The notes beneath the pieces are model-generated. The model saw only the letters and a program-made list of their open reading frames with translations. It did not search any database and was not told where the DNA came from. A DNA stretch of 64,000 nucleotides from a bacterium. GTDB lineage: Bacteria > UBA10199 > 2-02-FULL-44-16 > JAAZCA01. Made by a program: the position numbers and the translations under genes. Numbering within the stretch: the first letter of the stretch is position 1; each line of letters begins with the position of its first letter. Below are positions 18,186 through 26,121 of the stretch, piece by piece. Where the stretch lies: assembly GCA_963674695.2 (NCBI GenBank), contig CAXXGI010000001.1, positions 512,001-576,000 of the forward strand, read 5' to 3'.

Positions 18186-19871
18186 TTAACTGTATATTTC
18201 TATGTAATCATTTTTTTTCGTAATGGTAATCGTTCTCTCTTTAGGATATTTTAGCACATCCCTCATCTCGATAAATCTATCTACATCGTAAGCACATTTC
18301 ATTGCTATAGAATCATCTATGCAAGATTGAGATAGTTTGCCAATTGCCATTTCATATCCAAAGACATCGTCTATAATGCTGCTTTTTGTCGTATAAAGGG
18401 TAAGTGTATCTGTCATTATTTTCCACATATCAGTGCACTTAAATTCATGTAGCATATCCTCATTACCGTCATGCATAGTCCTCACAATATCCAATACTTT
18501 TACACCCCCCACCGACGTAATAGATGAGATGGTAAATGGATAATATTCCACGAGATGAGCAAGGACATTCCTTACGGTCCTCAACGGAACACCATTTACA
18601 GATCTCCGGCAAATCGCATTGAATGAATACAGCCTTCTTTGGTCCCGCATTGCAACTCCTGCGGAATATTTTGTACTATCATCCACACGCATATTATAGG
18701 TCGATAGCATCTCGTCAAATGCCGCCGTATTGGGATATGGATCAAGCATTGACACTTGAATATTCCCCACCCCCTCGTGTTTCATATCAATTATACGGGC
18801 TATATCAGCTTCAATGTCATCATCCGATTGACTCGGTAGCCCAATTATAAAATTCCCTGCTACTTCGATGTCATTTTCCACACAATCTTTAATCAACTCG
18901 CGCACCTTCTCATAATCATACACCTTACCAACACCCCTCTGCACCTCCGATGACATCGTTTCAAAACCAATAAACACTTTAGTGCAGCCCGCCTGCGAAA
19001 GAATCGAGGGCAGGCCCTCCTCATAGTCATCAACTCTCATATAGCATTCCCACTGAATGGCCAGACTCGATTCTCGAATTTGATTACATAGATCAAACAC
19101 CCTTTTCCTATCAAAAAGAAACTGGTCGTGAGTAAAGCGATATCGTCTAATGCCTCTTCCGTAGAGCGTACGAATATCGCTCATGACTTTATCAATGGAG
19201 CAGTATCTACTTTTATTTCGCCAAAATGATGAAGATGCGCAGAAGGAGCATTTCCCAGAACACCCACGACCCGACTCAACCCAGCACACCTCATTAAACA
19301 ATGGCGACTGTATATACCGTTCAATATCAACATATTTATAATCAATGGGAGGCAATTCAGCCAAATCCAGCAACCGCTCATCTGTACTACTAACGACAAA
19401 TCCAGCCCTCCTATATGTCAATGAATTCACCCCGGCAAAAAAAAGCTTGTTCTTCATTAGATTGTAAACAACATCACACAACACCTTCTCCCCTTCTCCC
19501 CTTACAACGGCATCAACAAATGGCATATTATTAATTATCTCTAAGTGGTTTGCAGTTGCATGTATCCCACCGAGCATAACGATTGAATTAGCTGATATTT
19601 CTTTCGCCCGCTGTGCAATACTAAAAGCCTTTTGTATGTTCCTATAATGGACCGTTATACCAACCACATCATAGATTTCGGAGCCCAATCGTTTACAAAG
19701 CACATCCTCATTGTCCTCAACAGCCAAGTCCACTACCTGGATATTCACTTCAGGCATTCTTCTCGCAAGATAACTTGCAAGCGTAAGAAGACTTAAAGGA
19801 AAATCGATATTCTTCTCAACCATCTCGTGGTCGACAATGCCTGGATTTATGAGTAGAATATTCATCGACAT
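18186..19871 (-). CDS. Cobalamin (B12)-binding radical SAM enzyme (class B type)
   Basis: N-terminal B12 domain (PLSLLTLASYL, DVVGIT, LGGIHAT, VVRGEGE); SGRGCSGKCSFC CxxxCxxC motif; IGFET; NFIIGLP. Confidence 0.93.
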   Translation of the reverse strand: MSMNILLINPGIVDHEMVEKNIDFPLSLLTLASYLARRMPEVNIQVVDLAVEDNEDVLCKRLGSEIYDVVGITVHYRNIQKAFSIAQRAKEISANSIVMLGGIHATANHLEIINNMPFVDAVVRGEGEKVLCDVVYNLMKNKLFFAGVNSLTYRRAGFVVSSTDERLLDLAELPPIDYKYVDIERYIQSPLFNEVCWVESGRGCSGKCSFCASSSFWRNKSRYCSIDKVMSDIRTLYGRGIRRYRFTHDQFLFDRKRVFDLCNQIRESSLAIQWECYMRVDDYEEGLPSILSQAGCTKVFIGFETMSSEVQRGVGKVYDYEKVRELIKDCVENDIEVAGNFIIGLPSQSDDDIEADIARIIDMKHEGVGNIQVSMLDPYPNTAAFDEMLSTYNMRVDDSTKYSAGVAMRDQRRLYSFNAICRRSVNGVPLRTVRNVLAHLVEYYPFTISSITSVGGVKVLDIVRTMHDGNEDMLHEFKCTDMWKIMTDTLTLYTTKSSIIDDVFGYEMAIGKLSQSCIDDSIAMKCAYDVDRFIEMRDVLKYPKERTITITKKNDYIEIYS

Positions 19872-19910
19872 TTATAGCCCATCCTGATTCTTGGCCTTAT
19901 GCAACCATCC

Positions 19911-21071
19911 CTACCCTTGGTCCTCCACCCTTCGGGCGCGGCTCCACAGCTGCGGAGTATAAAATATACCTGAAAGTATGATGGTGGCACCTACGAAGAG
20001 CCAGATGAAGAGTGGCTTCAGTGTCGCATAGGTGTTGGCCTTGGCGATGAAGACGCTGGTGAGCAGACCGAACTGCATGAAGAGCTGTCTCAGAATGAAG
20101 GCGTTGGTGCGCTGCGTTTCGCCCTTCTCTTCTTGAAAGATGCTCGTCTGGGCAAGGTTGATCAGACCGATCGATGCGCCGATGAAGAAATTGAGCACGA
20201 AGAGCCAGCCAAACTGCGGGATCAGTAGGAATACCGCATGCGTCGCAAAACAGAGAATGCATGCCATGAGAAAGATCACGGCGGATCCCCGTTTGATCCA
20301 ATCGACGCGCACGATCCCCATCGCGATAAACATCGCGCCCAAACCAACACTGTAAAAGAGGGATATCTGATAGGAACTGGCCTGGAATTGATCCATGAGG
20401 TAGGGCACTTCGATCACATTGAAGATGCCAGCAACGATGAAGACGAGGAAGGTTCCAACGAGCGTCTTAAGGGAGGGAAGGCTTGGCCACTCAAACCGCG
20501 TACGCGCTTCAAGCATTCCCTTTGCGCACGACTGTGCCTCGGCTTTCCTCAGCCCAAGCACACCCAGGAGCAAGAACAAAGAGAACCCGCCATCGATGAG
20601 GAGAATTCCGCGAAAACCCAGCGCGGTGGCCACAACAGGCCCAACAATAAATCCCGTCATGATCGCCGCCATGCCACCGATCTGCACGCGCTTATTGAGC
20701 GTGATCTTATTGTCCCCCGCAATGATGGGAACGAGCGTCAAAATCCGCGCGAAGAGCCATGTGCCGGCGAAATTGCGAACCAGAAAACAGATCTTCCACA
20801 CCATCGTCTCTGGATTGATGAAGGCGATACTCACCGACATGACAAGCCCCAGGACAACCAACGCAACATTGAGTGAACGCGCCTTGAATACCTTCATCTG
20901 CGCACACCCGAGCGCAATGAGCGCTCCCAGCGCCTGAATGAGCACGATCATACTCGTGCCCGCGATGCCTCCGAAATCGAGGGCCGCGGAAACGGTGGCG
21001 CCAAGCGTGATAAACCCAGTGGCGAGACGAAGAAGAAAGAAGCTGACGATGAGGACCCAAGCTGCTGACAC
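19911..21071 (-). CDS. MFS transporter (putative peptide exporter)
   Basis: About 12 hydrophobic segments, GFIVGPVVA-type motif, AAGGAGA RBS with GTG start. Confidence 0.8.
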   Translation of the reverse strand: MSAAWVLIVSFFLLRLATGFITLGATVSAALDFGGIAGTSMIVLIQALGALIALGCAQMKVFKARSLNVALVVLGLVMSVSIAFINPETMVWKICFLVRNFAGTWLFARILTLVPIIAGDNKITLNKRVQIGGMAAIMTGFIVGPVVATALGFRGILLIDGGFSLFLLLGVLGLRKAEAQSCAKGMLEARTRFEWPSLPSLKTLVGTFLVFIVAGIFNVIEVPYLMDQFQASSYQISLFYSVGLGAMFIAMGIVRVDWIKRGSAVIFLMACILCFATHAVFLLIPQFGWLFVLNFFIGASIGLINLAQTSIFQEEKGETQRTNAFILRQLFMQFGLLTSVFIAKANTYATLKPLFIWLFVGATIILSGIFYTPQLWSRARRVEDQG

Positions 21072-21201
21072 GATATGATCTCCTTCGTGATGTGGAAAAC
21101 GGAGACAGCTTTCATCACTATCGTCATTCCGGAAAAAAAGTTACGTGGTTTTTTATCAAAAATGTCACTTCGTTTTTGACATGACGATTGGGGATTGAAT
21201 A

Positions 21202-21217
21202 AGCAAAATGCGGGCCA
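21202..21217 (-). promoter_or_regulatory. Sigma-54 promoter for the MFS-rSAM-peptide-SBP-HK operon
   Basis: TGGCCCG-CATT-TTGCT. Upstream are an AT-rich tract and the inverted repeat CCGAACACGG...CCGTGTTCGG (21289-21328), a candidate enhancer. Confidence 0.72.
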
Positions 21218-21357
21218 AAAGTGGCGAACATGATATGATGAGTGATATCAATATATTATAAATTTCACCCCTACTAAAGTCCGGATTTCCGAACACGGGC
21301 ATGTTCGATTTTCCGGATTCCGTGTTCGGCAAGTGGGACAGAAAATCCCAGCGCCGA

Positions 21358-21612
21358 TCACATGCCAGCAATCCGTTCCACTACCTGATCACAAAACCGA
21401 CCGGTGTTGCAGACACAGCGGGGCAGGTTCCCACCGATGTGCTCCTTCACATCGACGAAGCGCGATGCAGTGATCGACTTCCATCCCACGTCAAAGGGAC
21501 TGCGCCACAAGACCTGCTTCGGCAAAGAGATCCACTCCGCCTTTCGGATGGACTGGGCAACGGTCGTTACCGATGCCTCCGTCTTTCTGTTGTTGCCGCT
21601 CATCTTCCCCAC
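21358..21612 (-). CDS. Small precursor-like protein (84 aa) sharing motifs with the Cys-rich precursor
   Basis: Starts 7 bp after the S41 stop. KAEWISLP and CVCNTG match KVEWIAMP and CTCNSG of 23254-23523. Confidence 0.55.
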   Translation of the reverse strand: MGKMSGNNRKTEASVTTVAQSIRKAEWISLPKQVLWRSPFDVGWKSITASRFVDVKEHIGGNLPRCVCNTGRFCDQVVERIAGM

Positions 21613-21619
21613 GCGCCCC

Positions 21620-23215
21620 TCACAAACCCAGATCGTTCAACACGGCACGCACATCCGGGTCGTGCTGCAGTAGGACAGTCCGCGCCTCGTCCTCGTCCGA
21701 AACCATGTCGGCGCCGATGCGTTCGCACCGCTGGCGCCAATCGCCGATCGACCAACTCGTTCGGATATCCGGAGTCGTTCGCATCTCCTCGCTCATCGAC
21801 CCATCCGGCGACATACCCATGTCGAACGGATAACGGATCAGCATGAGGCTGTTGGGCAATACCGTCATCGACGGATCGAATCCAATCCCGTCGCCGCCCG
21901 TCTGTTCGCCCACCAGGACCGCCCAGCCAGTTGCCTTCGCCCAGGCCGCCAATGCCTCCGACGAGGAATACACATATCGATCGACCAACAGATAGATCTT
22001 CGGCCCATAGCGAACCGCGCGTTCGGGATCCGCCCTATACTCGAACGCATAGACATGATCGACGACGCCACCGAGCACCTCGGAAGGCATTTCCATCAGA
22101 TAGTTTTGACGATCGACGCGCTCCAACCCATAGCGATCGACCAGCTCATCCTCGTATCCGCCGTCATACTCGCCACTGCGAATCCCTACAAAGAAGGTCG
22201 CCTGTAACCGCTCATGGAGAGTGGGAGAGACCAGCCCCTCCCGCCAATAGCGCGTGCTGCCCCCTCCGTTTCCCCGAATGTCGATGATGATGGCCCGCGC
22301 GTCCTCATGCGCATCGAGAAAATCAGCGAGGATATCGAAATCCAACTCTTCGCGTTCCGAGGAGAAGGTGTTGAGCTTGATATATCCAACCTCGTTCGAC
22401 ACCAGATCGACGGTCGTTCCGTGATCCAGCCATCCGACATGCTCGAAACAGGGCACAACCTCCTCCATGGCATCCGCTGTGAACCGGAGCGAACGAGTCG
22501 GATTCTTCAGTTGAATCGACAGCTCATCCCCTTCATCGAACATGCGAAACAGTCCCCACGAGATGACCCCACCGGTTTGCAGATCGCGCTGAAGATACAT
22601 CTGATCGCGATAGCGACGGATGTGCTCGTCCACCGCAAGGTCATCGATCGAAGCGACTTCAGCACCGATGGAAAGCTCTGTTCCGTCCGGAAGACGGAGA
22701 CTCGACCCAAGATAGTAGCGACCGTTGAGATAATGCGTGTAGACGCGCGGATGCGACCACCCCGCCCGCGACCCAACCTCATCCCAAAACGCCGCCGCGG
22801 GGAGCGCCTTTTGGGCCGCCTCCCGCAACGGCCGTTTGGCGCTCTCGGTCGCATAGAACTGCGCCGTATCCTGCCCGACAATTCCGCTGTGCAAATTGTG
22901 CAGTTTCCAGAGGATGCTGCGAACAGCACGATAATACGCTTCAGGCGTTTTGGCCTGGGACATCATCTTCTTGAAGGCCAACTTCTCGCTTCTCCAGTCC
23001 ACATAGCCCAGGCGGCGTTTCTGCCAGAAATACGGATAGTGTGTATTAATCACGCGAAAGAGATGCTCGAAATCCTCCTCGCGCTGCTGCGGGGTGAGAA
23101 ACGTTTCGTCGAAACGTACTTCGGCACTCGTTGCATATGCAGGTTCACCACAAAAAACGACAAGCAGCGTCACCATCGAAACGATCATCACTCGCAATAC
23201 GCACAAGCTCCGCAT
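21620..23215 (-). CDS. Secreted S41-family peptidase
   Basis: Signal peptide; GYIKLNTF, IIIDIRGNGGG, LVDRYVYSSSE, LVGEQTGG. Start chosen at ATG 23215 after GGAG. Confidence 0.9.
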   Translation of the reverse strand: MRSLCVLRVMIVSMVTLLVVFCGEPAYATSAEVRFDETFLTPQQREEDFEHLFRVINTHYPYFWQKRRLGYVDWRSEKLAFKKMMSQAKTPEAYYRAVRSILWKLHNLHSGIVGQDTAQFYATESAKRPLREAAQKALPAAAFWDEVGSRAGWSHPRVYTHYLNGRYYLGSSLRLPDGTELSIGAEVASIDDLAVDEHIRRYRDQMYLQRDLQTGGVISWGLFRMFDEGDELSIQLKNPTRSLRFTADAMEEVVPCFEHVGWLDHGTTVDLVSNEVGYIKLNTFSSEREELDFDILADFLDAHEDARAIIIDIRGNGGGSTRYWREGLVSPTLHERLQATFFVGIRSGEYDGGYEDELVDRYGLERVDRQNYLMEMPSEVLGGVVDHVYAFEYRADPERAVRYGPKIYLLVDRYVYSSSEALAAWAKATGWAVLVGEQTGGDGIGFDPSMTVLPNSLMLIRYPFDMGMSPDGSMSEEMRTTPDIRTSWSIGDWRQRCERIGADMVSDEDEARTVLLQHDPDVRAVLNDLGL

Positions 23216-23253
23216 CTTTCTGCTCCGTTCAGAAATCGTTCTCAACAAACCAG

Positions 23254-23523
23254 CTAACACCACTCATGCTTCGTGCATGGCACCTTGTTGGTACAGGAAC
23301 AATGCGCGCTCACACAGAAACAGTCGCTGTCGCCACTGTTGCACGTGCATTTTTTCTTACAGGATTTTGCGATGGCTTTTCCACACAAATCGTCGTTATC
23401 GCCCATCCGGAAGATGGTTTCATCATAGTGACTATCCTTCATTGGCATCGCAATCCATTCCACCTTCTGCTGCTTCTTCTCCTCCACCCGCTGACCACCA
23501 TAGATTCTGTTCACACTCACCAT
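23254..23523 (-). CDS. Cys-rich RiPP precursor (89 aa, 10 Cys)
   Basis: AAGGAGG RBS before ATG 23523; the C-terminal half has CTC, CFC and CSC motifs; directly downstream of rSAM-SPASM. Confidence 0.8.
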   Translation of the reverse strand: MVSVNRIYGGQRVEEKKQQKVEWIAMPMKDSHYDETIFRMGDNDDLCGKAIAKSCKKKCTCNSGDSDCFCVSAHCSCTNKVPCTKHEWC

Positions 23524-23579
23524 TGGTTCCTCCTTTGTTGGCATTGCGAAAAACAATGCATGTCATTTCAATGTTGAAT

Positions 23580-24950
23580 TCATGATGCCGCACAGCACTC
23601 CGCGGATTTCGCATGCCGCTTCAGAGCATGCGTCAATTTCAACTCTTCGATGAGGTTGTACTTCACCCGAAGGCACGACTCCGCATTACGATCATCCTTC
23701 ACCTTGTCCGGGCACCATCCCATACAGAGCGGAAGAACCTTGCATGAACGGCACTTTCGAAATTGTAGAGCATCAAAATTGATCCATTTGAGATATATAT
23801 CGTTGATCCGCACCCCTTCGTGAATGGTGCCTATCTGCTCGCTCTCCACCCCGATCGTTTCACTACACTTATAGAGATCCCCTCGGGCATCGATGACGAG
23901 GCTATTGGGAAAGGTCGCCCCGCAACTGGAACAGGTTGGCCCATGAGCCGGCTCGATGCGAAAACCCATATCGTGCGTCATCATCTTGAGCTGTGATTCC
24001 AATCGAGCGAATTCCTTCTGCGAATAGATCGCCCGACACCCCTGTCCTGCATCTGCACAGCATTCAGCCCCATTGTGAACCGGGCTATAGTAGAGCCGAA
24101 TGTACTTCGCGATGCCGCGACCATGCAGGATCTCGGCCAAATCTCGCACAAAACGAATATTGTCCTTATCGACATTACACCGCACCGACACATTCACAAT
24201 ACGGCAGACGTCTTCGATGTTTTTCAGGATTCGATTGAACGTACCCTTTCCACTGACATAAGGGCGACGTCGATCATGAATCTTCGGAGGCCCATCAAGT
24301 GTTACCTGCACGGCGTTCACCTTCAATCGCGCAAGGTCTCGAGCCACGCTTTTGGTCAGGAGGGTCCCATTAGTAATCATGCAAGCGGAATAATGTGCGC
24401 CGTGCCGGCGACAGAGGTTCATAATACGCGATGACAGCGCTTTGATCATGGGAACACAGATGAGCGGCTCCCCGCCAAACCACTCGATTGCAACATCCTT
24501 GCATCCATTTTTGAGCCGCGCGCGAATGACATCGACAATTTTGTCCTGAACTGCCTTTGACATCACGACATTCGCCTTGTTGTGCTCAAAACAATATGAA
24601 CAGTTCATATTGCATTTGTTCGTGGGAATAATGACCAGCGACAATGATCGATCCGACATGCTCCGCACCTGCTGCGCTTGATATCGAATATACTCGATTT
24701 CATCGATGTCAGATGGAATCACAAAACCGCCATCCTGGAGAGCCTGACGAACATCGGCATCCATTCCGGCAGGAGGTCCATTGCGCGAGGCACTCTGCAA
24801 CAACCATCGATAATCAGAGCAGCGCGTATCCGTGAGGCGCAGAAAAGCACCCGTTCTCGTGTTATACAGGAGCAGATCGTTGCCTTCCTTGTAGCCAACA
24901 TTGAACCTCGAGTTCTTATACGCCTGTTGCGCATCACATCGTTTCCGCAT
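23580..24950 (-). CDS. Radical SAM/SPASM peptide maturase
   Basis: CNMNCSYC, WFGGEPL, TNGTLL; SPASM C..GDLYKC..CRSCKVLPLCMGWCP..C; N-terminal LLYNTRTGA (RRE-like). Start at ATG 24950 after GGGAGG. Confidence 0.93.
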   Translation of the reverse strand: MRKRCDAQQAYKNSRFNVGYKEGNDLLLYNTRTGAFLRLTDTRCSDYRWLLQSASRNGPPAGMDADVRQALQDGGFVIPSDIDEIEYIRYQAQQVRSMSDRSLSLVIIPTNKCNMNCSYCFEHNKANVVMSKAVQDKIVDVIRARLKNGCKDVAIEWFGGEPLICVPMIKALSSRIMNLCRRHGAHYSACMITNGTLLTKSVARDLARLKVNAVQVTLDGPPKIHDRRRPYVSGKGTFNRILKNIEDVCRIVNVSVRCNVDKDNIRFVRDLAEILHGRGIAKYIRLYYSPVHNGAECCADAGQGCRAIYSQKEFARLESQLKMMTHDMGFRIEPAHGPTCSSCGATFPNSLVIDARGDLYKCSETIGVESEQIGTIHEGVRINDIYLKWINFDALQFRKCRSCKVLPLCMGWCPDKVKDDRNAESCLRVKYNLIEELKLTHALKRHAKSAECCAAS

Positions 24951-24993
24951 ATCGCCTCCCTGATGATTCTTGTGATTGACACCACATCGGGAC

Positions 24994-25009
24994 TGCACAA
25001 AACGGGCCA
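24994..25009 (-). promoter_or_regulatory. Sigma-54-like promoter for the rSAM-SPASM operon
   Basis: TGGCCCG-TTTT-GTGCA (GG-N10-GC) 44 bp upstream of the ATG; palindrome ATGTTCAG..CTGAACAT at ~25092-25111. Confidence 0.6.
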
Positions 25010-25334
25010 ACGCCCGAGCATGCGAAATCATTTCAGTTTTTTTGCTGACGGAACGGCGTGTTCGGATTTGATGCACTCAGATTGCAACAAATGTTCAGAA
25101 TGCTGAACATGTGAATTCCGCGATGGAGTGGGGATGACAATCGATCAACCGAAAACAACACACTTCTTTTCACTCCACCACATAGAACGTATCGACGCGG
25201 CGAGGATTAGAAGTACTCCAGAGAAACCGTCACACCATCACACGTGAATGATGAGCGGGTATTGGGGACGAAGGTCGACGGTTCGGTTCAGCGTGCGCAG
25301 TGAAAAGGAGCGTTCCTTGCGATAACGCGCTCCT

Positions 25335-25937
25335 TCACTGAAACTGCGCCTTGAGGCTCACGATGTCGCCATGATTTTGGGTGAGCATCGCTTCTACGCG
25401 CGCAAGCCGAGCATCATGACCTTCGATGGTATGACCATTGCTTTCAATCGCTTGGCGGTTACCTTCGATGGCTTGGCGATTACCTTCAATGGCTTGGCGA
25501 TTGACCTCGATCGCCTTGCGGTTTTCTTCAATGGCTTGACGATTGACCTCGATCGCCTTGCGGTTTTCTTCGATGGCTTGGCGATTGACCTCGATCGCCT
25601 TGCGGTTTTCTTCGATGGCTTGGCGATTGACCTCGATCGCCTTGCGGTTTTCTTCGATGGCTTGGCGATTGACCTCGATCGCCTTGCGGTTTTCTTCGAT
25701 GGCCTTGCGGTTCTTGATAATCTCTTCGCGGTTGGACTTGATCGCCTGCCGATTGAGCATGATCTCGCGGAGCAGATCCTCGCGCAGGCCAGCGATATCA
25801 CCCTTGACCTCCTGACGCAGGGCATTCATCCCCTCCACCAGCAGATCCATCTTCTCTTGAAAGGCCTCGAAGATCACATTCACGTACGACTCCTCCGTTC
25901 CCACCTCAATCGTCCTGCTCCGCTTTTTCGCGTTCAT
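25335..25937 (-). CDS. Coiled-coil protein with tandem IxxNRxA heptads
   Basis: (NRKAIEV-NRQAIEE)n encoded by 42-bp tandem repeats at ~25440-25712; GGAGG RBS. Confidence 0.8.
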   Translation of the reverse strand: MNAKKRSRTIEVGTEESYVNVIFEAFQEKMDLLVEGMNALRQEVKGDIAGLREDLLREIMLNRQAIKSNREEIIKNRKAIEENRKAIEVNRQAIEENRKAIEVNRQAIEENRKAIEVNRQAIEENRKAIEVNRQAIEENRKAIEVNRQAIEGNRQAIEGNRQAIESNGHTIEGHDARLARVEAMLTQNHGDIVSLKAQFQ

Positions 25938-26072
25938 CCTTCTCTCCTCCATAGCCATTGAACCGGAGCCCTGTCAATGCGGGCCTTGATTGCGTTGATT
26001 TTCTGCATCTTTTAGGACGTGTCCTCAGTTGACCATAACTCCCTAAGACAAAAGGAGATCTCTGTGAAAAGC

Positions 26073-26098
26073 GAGATTCCCGTTTTCACGGGAATGAC
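26073..26098. repeat. REP-like half-element
   Basis: GAGATTCCCGTTTTCACGGGAATGAC. Confidence 0.7.
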
Positions 26099-26121
26099 AC
26101 CTAACGAAATGAGGACATGCC

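Noticed and set aside
14700-19900. Low-GC tract as prophage, ICE or transposon
   Set aside because: No integrase, transposase, phage genes, tRNA or flanking direct repeats are visible.
23580-25076. Longer ORF-track starts (25076, 23556, 23263, 34002, 41677, 51669, 55428, 62295)
   Set aside because: RBS, promoter position or domain boundaries favour the downstream starts used here.
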